Shown: positions 9,176-19,314, counted from the stretch's first letter. The stretch: 64,000 bases of DNA from Anaeromyxobacteraceae bacterium (GCA_032654565.1 JAULAX010000009.1:64001-128000), one strand, 5' to 3'. Numbers and translations: made by a program. Notes: generated from the letters alone by a model not told the origin.

Positions 9176-9341
9176 GTCGGATTTCCTCGCCTCGACGGCC
9201 GCGACCGTCGCCGTGGCCACGAAGGCCGAGCGGGGACCGCGAGCAAAAGGTGAAGCCTTGTAAACCTCGTCGCCCGTAGGGGCAAGACAAAACTACCCTT
9301 TCTGCGGCCTGGCATGGCGGGAAAATGACGCCCGACCCCGG

Positions 9342-9381
9342 AAAAGGCAGGAGCGGCGCCCCACCGGGGACACCGCTCCTG
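9342..9381 (-). terminator. Intrinsic terminator after fbaB
   Basis: CAGGAGCGGTGTCCC-cggt-GGGGCGCCGCTCCTG then CCTTTT. Confidence 0.65.
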
Positions 9382-9413
9382 GAACCACCCGGCGGTGCCG
9401 GAGGGGGTCCCGG

Positions 9414-10340
9414 CTACCGGGCCCCGTAGATCTTCATGACCTCGGCCAGCAGCTTGAGGGCCTCGGCCCGGGGGCGCTGGAAGGCGTTGCGCCCCATGAT
9501 GGCGCCGAAGCCGCCGCCCTCGGCGATGCCCTTGATCTCGGCCAGCACCTCGTCGGTGCCCTTGGCCTCGCCGCCGGAGAAGATGATGATCCGCTTGCCG
9601 TTGAAGGCGCTCTGCACCACGTGGCGCACCCGGTCGGCCAGGGTCTTGGTGGGGATCTGGTACTTCTCGAAGACCTTCTTGGCCTCGGCCAGCTCCACCA
9701 TGTCCTTGGGCGGCTTCACCTTGATGATGTGCGAGCCCATCTGCGCGGCGATCTGGGCCGCGTAGGCGGCGATGTCGACCGCCGTCTCGCCCTCCTTGGA
9801 GATGCCGGAGCCGCGCGGGTAGCTCCAGGTGACCACCACCAGGCCGTGCGCCTTGGCCTCCTGGGTCAGGTCGCGGAGGTCCTGGAGCTGGGTGTTGCGG
9901 GCGTCGGAGCCCGGGTAGATGGTGTAGCCGATGGCGGCGCAGCCGAGCCGCACCGCCTCCTTGACCGAGCTGGTCAGCGCCGAGCAGGGGGCGCCGCCCA
10001 GCTTGGAGAGCGAGTCGGAGTTGTTGACCTTGAGGATCAGCGGGATCTGGCCGGCGTACCTGGCCGCCACCGCCTCGATGAAGCCGAGCGGCGCCGCGTA
10101 GGCGTTGCACCCGGCGTCGACGGCCAGCTGCACGTGGTACTCGGGGTCGTAGCCCTCCGGGTTGGGGGCGAAGGAGCGGGCCGGACCGTGCTCGAACCCC
10201 TGGTCGACGGGGAGGATCACCAGGTTGCCGGTGCCGGCGAGCCGGCCGGTGTTGAGCAGCCGGTAGAGGTTGGCGAGGGTCCCGGGGCTGTCGGAGCCGT
10301 ACCAGGAAAGGATCTGCTTCACTCGCTCGGTCATCGCCAT
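9414..10340 (-). CDS. fbaB: Class I fructose-bisphosphate aldolase (DhnA/FbaB type)
   Basis: LPVDQGFEHGP, TIYPGS, WSYPRG, HIIKVK (Schiff-base Lys), FSGG, MGRNAFQR. Confidence 0.92.
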   Translation of the reverse strand: MAMTERVKQILSWYGSDSPGTLANLYRLLNTGRLAGTGNLVILPVDQGFEHGPARSFAPNPEGYDPEYHVQLAVDAGCNAYAAPLGFIEAVAARYAGQIPLILKVNNSDSLSKLGGAPCSALTSSVKEAVRLGCAAIGYTIYPGSDARNTQLQDLRDLTQEAKAHGLVVVTWSYPRGSGISKEGETAVDIAAYAAQIAAQMGSHIIKVKPPKDMVELAEAKKVFEKYQIPTKTLADRVRHVVQSAFNGKRIIIFSGGEAKGTDEVLAEIKGIAEGGGFGAIMGRNAFQRPRAEALKLLAEVMKIYGAR

Positions 10341-10434
10341 CGTGAATGCTCCAGCGTGGTGGGGGTACGGCGGTGGGGCACGGGAGCCCCCGGGTGGAAA
10401 GCGGGGGGCATCTTCCGGCCGCGGGCCGCAGGAA

Positions 10435-13400
10435 TCAAGCGGGATCGGCCCCGGGCGCGGCGGCTGTCGCGCCGCCCTCGACAAGCGGCCGATCCGGGGC
10501 GTGCCCGGGTTGGAAGCAGCGCTCCACGAAGCCGCAGCCCTCGGCCCGGCAGCGGTCCGGGTCGCGCCCCAGGTCGGCCGGCGTCCGGTCCCCGGCGCCG
10601 CGGGCCAGGTCCGCCGCCAGCCCCGGGGCGGCGCGGGCCAGCCCGGCCAGCGCCTCTTCACCCGGGGTGACGTCGAGGGCGCCGAAGTCGCCGCGCAGGA
10701 ACTGGAGCCGCGCCTCCACCGGCGCGCCGCCGTGGGCCCGCGACGCCGCCAGGGCGTAGGCGGTGAGCTGGAGCCGGTACCGCTCGGCCGCCTCGGCGCG
10801 CGGCACCGCGTACTTGTAGTCGAGGACCAGCAGCCGCCCCCCGGGGCCCGGCCGCACCAGCGCGTCGATGGCCCCGTTGAGGTAGCAGGCGGGAGGGCCG
10901 CCCTCCCCCTCCCCGTCGAGCCGCAGCAGGAAGGGGACCTCGCGCCGCAGCCGCCCCTCGGCCGCCGCAGCCACCAGCGCCCGCCAGGGGGGCGCGCCGA
11001 GGAAGCGGGTCACCTCGTCGCGGATCTTCAGCACCCCGGGATCGGCCGGGTCGTAGCCGCGCCGCGCCGCCACCGCGGCCAGCTGGGCGCGCTGCTCGAG
11101 CGGCGGGGCGGCCAGCTCGAGCTCGGCGAGCATGGCGTGGGCCAGCGTGCCGCGCGAGGTGGCGCGGGCCGGATCGTCGTCGGTGGCGCCGCCGTGCAGC
11201 CCGGAGGGCTCGACCAGCCCGAGCACCCGGGTCAGGTGGTGGCGCCGCGGGCAGCGGGCGAACTCGGCCAGCTGGGTCACCGCCAGCCGGATGGAGGCGG
11301 GAGGGGCCGGCGGGGGGAGGCGCGGAGGCGCCAGGGCCACCGCGGCCGGGGCGGCCACCTCGGGGGGAGCCTCGATGGGCGGGCCGTGGGCCGCGGTGGC
11401 CGCCTCGCCCAGCGGGACCCGCAGGGCCAGCGAGGGATCGCCCCCGACCGCCTCCTCCAGCAGGCCGCGCCAGCCCGGGAAGCCGCGCGAGCCGTCCTTC
11501 TTCGGGCGCCCCTCGCCGGAGAGGACCAGCAGGTCGCGGGCCCGGGTGAGCGCCACGTAGAGGAGCCGGCGCGACTCGGCCGCGGAGGCCCGCTTCGCCT
11601 CCTCACGGGCCGCCTCCAGCGACGGGGTGCGGACGAAGTCGGCCGCCTCGACGTCGAACCAGTCGGCGCAGAGCCGGCCCCCGGGATCGAGCCGGGCCCG
11701 CTCGGCGTCGCTGCGCGTCGGTGCCGCCAGGTCGGGGAGGACGACGATGGGCCACTCCAGCCCCTTGGCGGCGTGGATGGAGAGCAGGGTCACGGCGTCG
11801 GCGTCGTCCAGGTCGGCCTCCGGCTCGCGCGGCGGCCGGGCCGCCAGCCAGCGCAGCCGCGTCGCCAGCTCGGCGGCGGTGCCGCCGCGCTCGCCGAAGG
11901 TCCGGGCCAGGGCCAGGGCCTTCGTGAGGTTGCGCCGGCGCCGCTCGCCGTCGGGGCCGGCCGCCAGCGCCACGTCGAGATCGAGCGCCTCCACCGCCCG
12001 GCGGAGCAGCGGGCCGGGCGCCAGCCGGTCGCGCAGTGGCCGGAGCGCCCGCCAGGTGGCGAGGAACCGATCGAGCCGCCGCCGCTCCTCCGCCGCCATG
12101 GGGATCCCCTGGAGCTGCGGGTCGGTGGCGGCGTGGAGCGCGGCCAGCGGCAGCCCCGCCAGCAGCAGCAGGGTGGAGTCGGTGACGGCGCAGAGCGGCG
12201 AGCGGAGCAGCGCCGCCCAGGCCAGCTCGTCGCCGGGGTCGGCGAGGCTGGCCAGCAGCTCGCCGAGGTCGCGCACCTCGGGGGCCTGGTGGAAGCCGCC
12301 GCGCGCCAGCCGCACCGGGATGCCGGCGCTCCGCAGCGCCCGCTCGTAGATGCCGAGCGCGGTGGTGCGCCGGAAGAGGATGGCCACGTCGCCCCAGCGG
12401 GGCCGGCGCGGCCGCTCGCGCTGGTCCGGGTCGCGCACCCTGACCGGCGCCCCGGCCCGCCCCGAGACCAGCGCCAGGATCCGGGCCGCCACCGCCGCCG
12501 CCTCGCGCTGCCGCCGCTCGGCGCCGTTCCCCGGGGCGCCGTCGTCGAGCAGCTCGGCGGCCGGCGCCAGCCCAGCCGGACGCCGGGCCACCAGCCGGTC
12601 CTCGGGCCGGAAGGCGATCTCGAACGGCCGCGCCACCTCCCCGGCCGGAGGCTGCAGGGCGTGGTCGGAGACCCGGTTGACCAGCGCCACCACCGCCGGC
12701 GCCGAGCGGTGGTTGTCGGTGAGGTGGAGCACCCGCCCCTCCCCCGCCTCCAGCCGCGCCACCACCCCGGCGAAGACGCCGACGTCGGCGCCGCGGAAGC
12801 CGTAGATCGACTGCTTCAGGTCGCCGACCGCCACCGCGATCGGGCCGGCCGGGAGGCCCTGGCGGGGGGCGGTGAGCAGCTCGAAGATGGCCTGCTGCAC
12901 CCCGTTGACGTCCTGGTACTCGTCGACCAGCAGGGCCCTGAGCCGCCCGCGAAGCTCGCCGAGGATGGCCGGGCTGCCGGCCAGCAGGTCGCGGGTGGCG
13001 GTGAGCAGGCCGTCGAAGTCGAGCCCTCGCGCCGCGCGGCGGGCCTCGGCGTAGCGCCGCTCCGCCTCCGCCACGAGGAGCGCCAGCGCTTCACGCTGGG
13101 GGAGCCCCTGCGCCTCGGCGGCCAGCGCCGGCAGCAACTGGCCCCACGCCTTGAGCGCCTCGCAGCCGGCCTTGAGCCGCTCCAGCCCGTTCCCCCGGGG
13201 GCCCGGGGTGGCCGCCGCGCCCAGCGCCGCCAGCCGCCCCAGGGCCGCCGGCGTCGGCGTCCCCCGCCGGTCCCCGTCCTCGACCGCCTCGAGGGCCCGG
13301 GCCACCCGCTCCACCACCGCCACGGCGGTCGGGGTGCGGGCCTCGGCGCGCGCCGCCACCACCTCGGCGGCCGCCGCCAGCAGCGCCCCGCGGGCCGCCT

Positions 13401-14010
13401 CGACCGCGCCGGGCGCCGCGACGGCCACCGGCTGCGGGCCGGCCAGCCCCCGCACCGCCCGCTCCCCCACCAGCCCCGCCACCAGCGCCGCCAGCCCGTC
13501 CGCCCCGATCCCGGCGCAGAGCGCCTGCGCCTCCGGCCGCCCCTGGTCGAGCGCCGCCACCACCGCGCCCCGGGCCGCCTCCTCCAGGAGCGGCGGCGCC
13601 GCCGACTCGTCGAGCACCGTGAACTCCGGGTCGAGCCCGGCCTCCAGGGCCCGCTCGCGCAGCAGCCGGCCGCAGAAGTTGTGGATGGTGCCGATCGCCA
13701 TCCGGTCGAGGCCGCGCAGCCGCTCGGTCCAGGCCGCCCCCTCCGGGCCCCCGGCGGCCCGCCGCGCCCGCCTCGCCACCGCCGCCCGCAGCCGCTCCAC
13801 CAGCTCGGCCGCCGCCTTCTCGGTGAAGGTGATGGCGGCCAGCTCGCCCGGGTCGAGCGGCGTCCCGGTGGCCTCCCCGGAGAGCAGCCGGACGCAGAGC
13901 TCCACCAGCGCGGTGGTCTTCCCCGAGCCGGCGCCGGCCGAGACCGCGGTGTCGCCGCGCAGCTCGAAGAGCGCCCGCGCCGCCTCCGACCAGGTCGGCT
14001 CCCAGCTCAC
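10435..14010 (-). CDS. addA: ATP-dependent helicase/nuclease, AddA/AdnB-like (UvrD motor plus RecB-type nuclease)
   Basis: AGAGSGKTT, TFTEKAA, TIHNFC, VDEYQD, VGDLKQSIYGFRGA, SIHAAKGLE, LYVALTRA, GAIDAL..LDYK; GTGA-coupled to the upstream gene. Confidence 0.88.
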   Translation of the reverse strand: MSWEPTWSEAARALFELRGDTAVSAGAGSGKTTALVELCVRLLSGEATGTPLDPGELAAITFTEKAAAELVERLRAAVARRARRAAGGPEGAAWTERLRGLDRMAIGTIHNFCGRLLRERALEAGLDPEFTVLDESAAPPLLEEAARGAVVAALDQGRPEAQALCAGIGADGLAALVAGLVGERAVRGLAGPQPVAVAAPGAVEAARGALLAAAAEVVAARAEARTPTAVAVVERVARALEAVEDGDRRGTPTPAALGRLAALGAAATPGPRGNGLERLKAGCEALKAWGQLLPALAAEAQGLPQREALALLVAEAERRYAEARRAARGLDFDGLLTATRDLLAGSPAILGELRGRLRALLVDEYQDVNGVQQAIFELLTAPRQGLPAGPIAVAVGDLKQSIYGFRGADVGVFAGVVARLEAGEGRVLHLTDNHRSAPAVVALVNRVSDHALQPPAGEVARPFEIAFRPEDRLVARRPAGLAPAAELLDDGAPGNGAERRQREAAAVAARILALVSGRAGAPVRVRDPDQRERPRRPRWGDVAILFRRTTALGIYERALRSAGIPVRLARGGFHQAPEVRDLGELLASLADPGDELAWAALLRSPLCAVTDSTLLLLAGLPLAALHAATDPQLQGIPMAAEERRRLDRFLATWRALRPLRDRLAPGPLLRRAVEALDLDVALAAGPDGERRRRNLTKALALARTFGERGGTAAELATRLRWLAARPPREPEADLDDADAVTLLSIHAAKGLEWPIVVLPDLAAPTRSDAERARLDPGGRLCADWFDVEAADFVRTPSLEAAREEAKRASAAESRRLLYVALTRARDLLVLSGEGRPKKDGSRGFPGWRGLLEEAVGGDPSLALRVPLGEAATAAHGPPIEAPPEVAAPAAVALAPPRLPPPAPPASIRLAVTQLAEFARCPRRHHLTRVLGLVEPSGLHGGATDDDPARATSRGTLAHAMLAELELAAPPLEQRAQLAAVAARRGYDPADPGVLKIRDEVTRFLGAPPWRALVAAAAEGRLRREVPFLLRLDGEGEGGPPACYLNGAIDALVRPGPGGRLLVLDYKYAVPRAEAAERYRLQLTAYALAASRAHGGAPVEARLQFLRGDFGALDVTPGEEALAGLARAAPGLAADLARGAGDRTPADLGRDPDRCRAEGCGFVERCFQPGHAPDRPLVEGGATAAAPGADPA

Positions 14011-17000
14011 GGCGCCACCTCCGGCTCCGGCTCGCCCACCAGGGCGGCCTCGCCCTGGAAGCGGCAGACCGCGCCGAGCTCGCAGCGGGCGCAGTCGCGG
14101 CTGGCGATGGGGAGCGCCCCGGCCCGGACCCGCCGCACGGCGTCGACCACGGCCCGGGCCAGCGCCGGCTCGTCGGGACGTCCCTGCACGGCCTCGAGCC
14201 GCTCGGCGCTGCCCAGCAGCAGGTAGGTGGCGGCCAGCTCCCGGCCCGGCAGCGCCCGCCCGGCCGCCAGCAGGTAGAGCGGCACCTGGAAGCTGGTGAC
14301 GCCGAAGGCCTCCGGGTCGAGGAGCTTCCGGTGACGGCCGGCGTCGCCGCCGCTCTTGTAGTCGATGACCAGCAGCCGCTCCGGCGCCGCGTCGACCCGG
14401 TCGATCCGCCCCTGCAGCCGGATGGTCTCGCCGTCGGCGGTCAGCTCCAGCGGCGGGGTGGCCGACGGGCCGCCGAACTGGTGCTCCAGCAAGGCCGGCG
14501 CCAGGCCGTCGCCGCCGCCGGCCTCGGCCTCGACCACCCGGGCCAGCCGGGCCAGCACCGCGCCGCGCCGCGAGCTCCAGACGGCCGGGTCGCCCACCTT
14601 GCCGTCGGCCTCGAACTCGGCGAAGACCGCCTGCGCCAGCTGGCGCGCCTCGGCCCGGTCGGCCGGCCCGCCCGCCGGGGGCCAGGCGCCGCGCCCGGCG
14701 CGCCCCCGCACCCAGCGCTCCAGCACGGCGTGGAGCAGCCGCCCCTCCTCCCGGGCGTCGATGTCCAGCCCGGCCTCGTCGGCCTCGCGCAGCCGGGCGC
14801 CGGTGGCCAGCAGGAAGCGGAACGGGCAGCGGGCCAGGTTCTCCAGCTGGTGGGCCGACCACTCGGCCGGCAGCCGGCGGTGGAGCTGCTCCAGCCCCGC
14901 CCCGGCGATGGCCCCGGCGTAGGGGCCGGTCCGGCCGGCCAGCACCGCCTCGCGCCGCTCCCGCTCGATGGCGCCGACCGCCAGCGCCCCGGCGGCGCGT
15001 CCCTCGAGCCCCACCGCCGCCAGCGCCGCCAGCGTCGCCGTCCCCGCCCCGCCCCGGGCCAGCGCCGCGGCCGCCAGCAACGCTTCACGATCGGTGCGGG
15101 CCTCGGCCAGGGCCGGCGCCCGGGCCGGGCCGGGCAAGGTCACCCCGGCCTCGGCCAGGGCCTGGGCCAGCAGCGGCGAGGGCTCCCCCCCGCCGGCGGG
15201 GCCGGGGCCGGGCCAGAGCACCGCCAGCCGCTCCCGCCCGGCGGCCACCGCGCAGGCCAGCTGGTGGAAGGACTCGGCGCGCCGGACGGCGCCGGTGGCC
15301 AGCGCCCCGCGGCGCAGCAGCCCGTTCACCGCCTGGCGCTCCGGCTCGCGGAGCAGCGGCTCGGCCGCCGCCGGGGCCGGCACCGCCCCGGCCCCGCAGC
15401 CCACCAGGATGGCGGCCCGGGCTGAAGAGCCCGGCGCCTCGGCGAAGGCGGCCAGCTCCACGGCCCCGCCGAACGGCTCCCGCCCGCCGCGCAGCGAGGC
15501 GCCGTCGACCGCCAGCGCCAGCAGCCGCTGCCAGTCGGGGGCGGCCAGCCGCTCGCCGCTCCGCCCCAGCATGGTGAGGGCGCGCACCAGCTGGTCGGCC
15601 GTCTCCTCCAGCGTCGCGAGCGCGGCCAGGTCCCGGGTCGCGGTCTCCGCCTCGCCCTGCCCGGCGCGGCGGCGCAGGCCCGACGCCTCGAGGTAGTCGG
15701 TGAGGCGGGAGGCGTGGGCCGACGCCGTGGCGTCGGTGGAGAGCGGGCGCAGCCGCGCCACCAGCGAGGCCAGGCCGTCGGCGGCGCGCCCCAGCGCCTC
15801 CCGCTCCCGGACCGCCCGGGGGCCGCTCAGCGCCTCGCCGCGCCGGCGCAGCGAGCTCTCGGGGTCGCCGCGCCCGTCGAGCGCCCCGGCGGCGTCGAGC
15901 CAGCGCCCCAGCCCCGGCCCCAGCCCGGAGGTGACGAGGTAGCTGGAGGCGGCCAGCCGCTCCAGCGTGCGCCGGTCGCGGGTGCCGCCGGCCACGCCGA
16001 GCGCCGCCAGGACCACCGCCACCACTGGCGACTCGGCCAGCGCGCCGGACCGGCCGGTGGCGAAGGGGACCCCCTGGGCGGCGAAGGCGGCGGCCAGCCG
16101 CGGGGCCGAGCGGCGCGGCGACGGCGCGAAGACCAGCAGCTCGGCGGGCGGGACGCCGGCGGCGATGAGGTCGGCCGCGGTCCGGGCCGCCAGCGCCGCC
16201 TCCCCCTCCTCGCCGGCCCCGGCCAGCGCCAGCAGCTCCCCCTCCAGGAGGGCCGGGCCCGGGGGGGCGCCGGCCAGCGCCGAAAGCAGCGCCGCCGGCC
16301 GGGCGGCGCGGGCGGGGTCGTCGACCCGGTCCAGCGAGACCTCCAGCTGGCGGCGGCCGGAGAGCTCGTGGAGCGCCTCGACCCGGCGCAGCAGCGGCTC
16401 GGCGGCGGCCGAGAGGGCGGGGGCGTCGGCGAAGGCCGGGAGCTGGAAGCGGCTGCGGGCGGCCCGCGCCGCCAGCGCCTCCACCAGCGACCACTCGGCG
16501 GGCGAGAGGCTGGTGAAGCCGTCGAGGAGCAGGAGCTCCAGCTCGTCGCCGTCGTCGAGCGGGACCCCCCGCCGGACCGCGGCGGCGGCGGCCCGTGCCG
16601 CGCCGGGACCGTCGAGCAGCCCGAGCCGGTCGAGCCGGGCCTCGAAGGCCTCGAGGGCCCGGGCCAGGGTGCCGAGCCGCTCCGCCGCCGCGCCGCCGAG
16701 CGAGCCGGCCGCCAGCCGCGCCGCGCCGACCGGCACCTCGCCGCGCCGCAGCTCGGAGAGCGTGGCGGCCAGGGCGCCGGCCAGGCCGCTCTCGGGCCTG
16801 AGGCCGGCCAGCGCGCCGCCGGCCTCGTCCCCCGCCGCCACCGCCAGCAGCCGCTCGCCGAGCGGGCTGAGCACGGCGCGCCCGTCGCCGGCCGCGGCCA
16901 GCGCCCGGGTCACCAGGGCGTCGAGGGTGGTGACGGTGGGGCCGAAGAGCAGCCCGCCCCCGGCGTCGCAGAGCCGGCGTGCCGCGCGGGTCGCCTGGAG

Positions 17001-17030
17001 CGCGGTGGGGACGACGACGAGGGCGGGCAC
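14007..17030 (-). CDS. addB: AddB-like degenerate helicase plus PD-(D/E)XK nuclease with Fe-S staple cysteines
   Basis: LDGFTSLSP, RCPFRF, GRLLHAVLE, GRIDRVD, IDYKSG, QVPLY, CARCELGAVC. Confidence 0.82.
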   Translation of the reverse strand: MPALVVVPTALQATRAARRLCDAGGGLLFGPTVTTLDALVTRALAAAGDGRAVLSPLGERLLAVAAGDEAGGALAGLRPESGLAGALAATLSELRRGEVPVGAARLAAGSLGGAAAERLGTLARALEAFEARLDRLGLLDGPGAARAAAAAVRRGVPLDDGDELELLLLDGFTSLSPAEWSLVEALAARAARSRFQLPAFADAPALSAAAEPLLRRVEALHELSGRRQLEVSLDRVDDPARAARPAALLSALAGAPPGPALLEGELLALAGAGEEGEAALAARTAADLIAAGVPPAELLVFAPSPRRSAPRLAAAFAAQGVPFATGRSGALAESPVVAVVLAALGVAGGTRDRRTLERLAASSYLVTSGLGPGLGRWLDAAGALDGRGDPESSLRRRGEALSGPRAVREREALGRAADGLASLVARLRPLSTDATASAHASRLTDYLEASGLRRRAGQGEAETATRDLAALATLEETADQLVRALTMLGRSGERLAAPDWQRLLALAVDGASLRGGREPFGGAVELAAFAEAPGSSARAAILVGCGAGAVPAPAAAEPLLREPERQAVNGLLRRGALATGAVRRAESFHQLACAVAAGRERLAVLWPGPGPAGGGEPSPLLAQALAEAGVTLPGPARAPALAEARTDREALLAAAALARGGAGTATLAALAAVGLEGRAAGALAVGAIERERREAVLAGRTGPYAGAIAGAGLEQLHRRLPAEWSAHQLENLARCPFRFLLATGARLREADEAGLDIDAREEGRLLHAVLERWVRGRAGRGAWPPAGGPADRAEARQLAQAVFAEFEADGKVGDPAVWSSRRGAVLARLARVVEAEAGGGDGLAPALLEHQFGGPSATPPLELTADGETIRLQGRIDRVDAAPERLLVIDYKSGGDAGRHRKLLDPEAFGVTSFQVPLYLLAAGRALPGRELAATYLLLGSAERLEAVQGRPDEPALARAVVDAVRRVRAGALPIASRDCARCELGAVCRFQGEAALVGEPEPEVAP

Positions 17031-17036
17031 GCCCGG

Positions 17037-17058
17037 AATCTAGCGCCCCGCCCTGACG
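17037..17058 (-). promoter_or_regulatory. PafBC/RecA-NDp-like promoter of addBA: CGTCAG-N10-TAGATT, 6 nt before GTG
   Basis: Read directly; the same architecture occurs at recJ and the HNH gene. Confidence 0.6.
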
Positions 17059-17096
17059 GCTCGAACCGGTCCCGGCCATCTGGCATGATTCGCGCC

Positions 17097-17468
17097 ATGC
17101 ACAAGAGCCGACTCGCCGGCTTCATCATCGACTGTGAAGGTCCCGACCTGGACCGGGCCGTCCGCTTCTGGAGCGGCGCGCTCGGCATGCGAACGTTGGG
17201 GCGGGAGGGCGACCGCTACGAGCCGCTCGACGCCGCGGCCCGCGATCTCTACCTCGAGGTCCAGCGGGTGGAGCACCCGAGCCGGGTGCACCTCGACATC
17301 GAGACCGACGACCTCGACGCCGAGGTGGCGCGACTGGTGGCCCTGGGGGCGCGGAGGGTGGCCGCGGTGGAGCGCTGGGTGGTGATGGAGGCGCCCACCG
17401 GCCAGCGATTCTGCGTGGTGCGGCACCACGGCTGGGAGGGCAAGGCCGGCGTCAACGAGTGGCCGTAG
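17097..17468 (+). CDS. VOC/glyoxalase family protein
   Basis: IIDC...AVRFWSGALG, RVHLDIETDDLDAEVARLVALGA, APTGQRFCVV. Confidence 0.88.
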   Translation: MHKSRLAGFIIDCEGPDLDRAVRFWSGALGMRTLGREGDRYEPLDAAARDLYLEVQRVEHPSRVHLDIETDDLDAEVARLVALGARRVAAVERWVVMEAPTGQRFCVVRHHGWEGKAGVNEWP

Positions 17469-17498
17469 CCACGACCCGTGGCGACGCCCGGCGACGCA

Positions 17499-17927
17499 TC
17501 AGCCCGGGCCGGCCGCTGCACCGGATCGCGTGCGCGGAGACCGCAGCTGCCGCTCGCGGAGCAGTCCACCCAGCCAGCACTGCGGGAGCGCCAGCACCAC
17601 CAGCGCGATGGGGTACCAGCGGGGCCCGAGCCCCAGATTCCAGGTCGCCACGACGCCGACCAGCCCGAGGCCGACGCCCAGGACGCCGAGGATCATGGCG
17701 TGCCGCACGGGCCGATCGGGTGCCAGCCGGGCCGTGAGCCAGGCGCCGCCGACGCTGATGACGATCCGGTAGGCGGTCGCCAGCGCCGCCAGGCCGTCGT
17801 CCAAGGGCTGGTCCATGGGCGGATAGACACCGACGACGTGGAGCAGGATGTCAACGACCGTGGTGACGGCGACGATGGTCACCAGGCCGGCAGCGACGGC
17901 GGCGACGGACTTCCAGGCTGGCTTCAT
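17499..17927 (-). CDS. Small integral membrane protein (4 TM)
   Basis: Four hydrophobic segments, GPRWYP motif; AAGGA RBS. Confidence 0.75.
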   Translation of the reverse strand: MKPAWKSVAAVAAGLVTIVAVTTVVDILLHVVGVYPPMDQPLDDGLAALATAYRIVISVGGAWLTARLAPDRPVRHAMILGVLGVGLGLVGVVATWNLGLGPRWYPIALVVLALPQCWLGGLLRERQLRSPRTRSGAAAGPG

Positions 17928-18141
17928 GTCGGGATCCTTCGAACCACCTGGAGCCAGCCATGCAGCGGATGCGCGGCGGCCCCCAGTGGCCCCTTGATTG
18001 TTTGACCCGTCTCAGCTCCGCCCTCCCGGGCCCCGCCCGGCCCGGCGACAGCTGCCTGCCTGGCACTCGCGACCACCATTCGATCTCCGAGGGCGCCTCG
18101 AGCTGGCGTGACTTGTCCCGCTCCCGCGCCGGCGGCGTCGG

Positions 18142-18594
18142 CTACTTCCCCTGGTAGGCGGCCTTGAGCTTCGCCACGTCGAGCTTCCCCATCGTCAACA
18201 TCGCCGCCATGGCCCGCTGCGCCCCGGCCTTGTCGGCACCGCCCAGGCACGCACCGAGCGCGCGGGGAACCACCTGCCAGCTCAGGCCCCAGCGGTCCTT
18301 GAGCCATCCGCACCTGCCGGGCTGGCCGCCTTCGCCCAGCTTGCGCCAGTAGGCGTCCACCTCGCGCTGGTCCTTGCAGTCCACCATGAGGGAGATCGCC
18401 TCCGTGAACTTGAAGTGCGGGCCGCCGTTGAGCGCGATGAAGGGCTGGCCCTCGAGCTGGAAGGTGACCGACATCGGCGACACGCTGGTCACCCGGGAGC
18501 CCTTCTTGAAGACGGAGACGTAGAAGCGGGCGGCCTCCTCGGCCTGCCCGTCGTACCAGAGGAAGGGTGTGACGCGGTGGATGGTGGTGGTCAT
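18142..18594 (-). CDS. PhnB/3-demethylubiquinone-9 3-methyltransferase-like VOC protein
   Basis: TPFLWYDGQAEEAARFY, LNGGP.FKFTEAISL, CGWLKDRWGLSWQV; AAGGAG RBS. Confidence 0.9.
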   Translation of the reverse strand: MTTTIHRVTPFLWYDGQAEEAARFYVSVFKKGSRVTSVSPMSVTFQLEGQPFIALNGGPHFKFTEAISLMVDCKDQREVDAYWRKLGEGGQPGRCGWLKDRWGLSWQVVPRALGACLGGADKAGAQRAMAAMLTMGKLDVAKLKAAYQGK

Positions 18595-18658
18595 GGACGG
18601 CTCCTTGTGGAGAGAGGTGCTTCCAGGCTGGCGCGGGCCGCGCCGAGGCACCCCGGCT

Positions 18659-19030
18659 TCATCTCGCCCTCCGGCGTGCCGCGGCGCTCGGGCTGCCGCG
18701 GCGGTGGTGCCCAGCAGGGAAGTGCTTCAACCTCACCTCCCAGATGCGAGCGTAGGCCTCCATCCATTCCGCCGCCTTCTGGAAGGGGCCGAGCTCGAGG
18801 TGACGGGGCCCCAGGCGGTTCCCCGGACCCTTCCTGACCAGACCGGCGGCCTCCAGCACCTTGAGGTGCTTCGAGACGGCGGGCTGGCTCATCGAGTAGG
18901 GCGCGGCCAGGCTGCTCACCGATGCTGGCCCCAGGCTGAGCTGCTCCAGGATCGAGCGCCGGGTCGGATCGGCCAGCGCCGCCAGGGTTCGGCTGAGCAC
19001 GTCCTCCGGTGCGGGGCTGGTCCCTGTCAT
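18659..19030 (-). CDS. ArsR/SmtB family transcriptional regulator
   Basis: ALADPTRRSIL, MSQPAVSKHLKVLEAAGLV. Confidence 0.88.
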   Translation of the reverse strand: MTGTSPAPEDVLSRTLAALADPTRRSILEQLSLGPASVSSLAAPYSMSQPAVSKHLKVLEAAGLVRKGPGNRLGPRHLELGPFQKAAEWMEAYARIWEVRLKHFPAGHHRRGSPSAAARRRAR

Positions 19031-19045
19031 AACTCATGGGTTATG
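19028..19045. promoter_or_regulatory. Inverted-repeat operator CATAAC-N6-GTTATG over the ArsR start codon
   Basis: Perfect AT-rich 6-6-6 dyad in very GC-rich DNA. Confidence 0.65.
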
Positions 19046-19314
19046 TACTTCGGGCCCCGCACCTTCAAGTGAATCGTCGAGCTCCGTCGGGGGCGGCCCC
19101 ACCGGGCCTCCGGGCCCTCGACCAGTCCGTCCCATCCCTGGTCGGCTGCCCGGAGGGAGGCCCGCGCCGCCTCGACCACCCCCGCCGGCAGCGCCGCCCC
19201 GAGCCCGGCCTGGTCGCAGAGGTTGACCGGGCACTCCACGGCGCCGAAGCGCCGTCGCGTCTCCAACTGCACCTCGGCGCGGCCCGCCAGCGGGCCGCCT
19301 TCCCCCGGCCGGCG

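Noticed and set aside
10270..14226. 1318-aa plus-strand ORF and many other long overlapping ORFs (e.g. 31591-34569 -, 44696-47722 +, 59588-61774 +)
   Set aside because: These are antisense or off-frame shadows of real genes. Stop codons are scarce at this GC content and the products are Arg/Pro/Gly-rich with no motifs.
19027..19272. 81-aa ORF between queD and arsR
   Set aside because: No recognisable motif, and it runs over the ArsR promoter and operator. It is at most a gene remnant.
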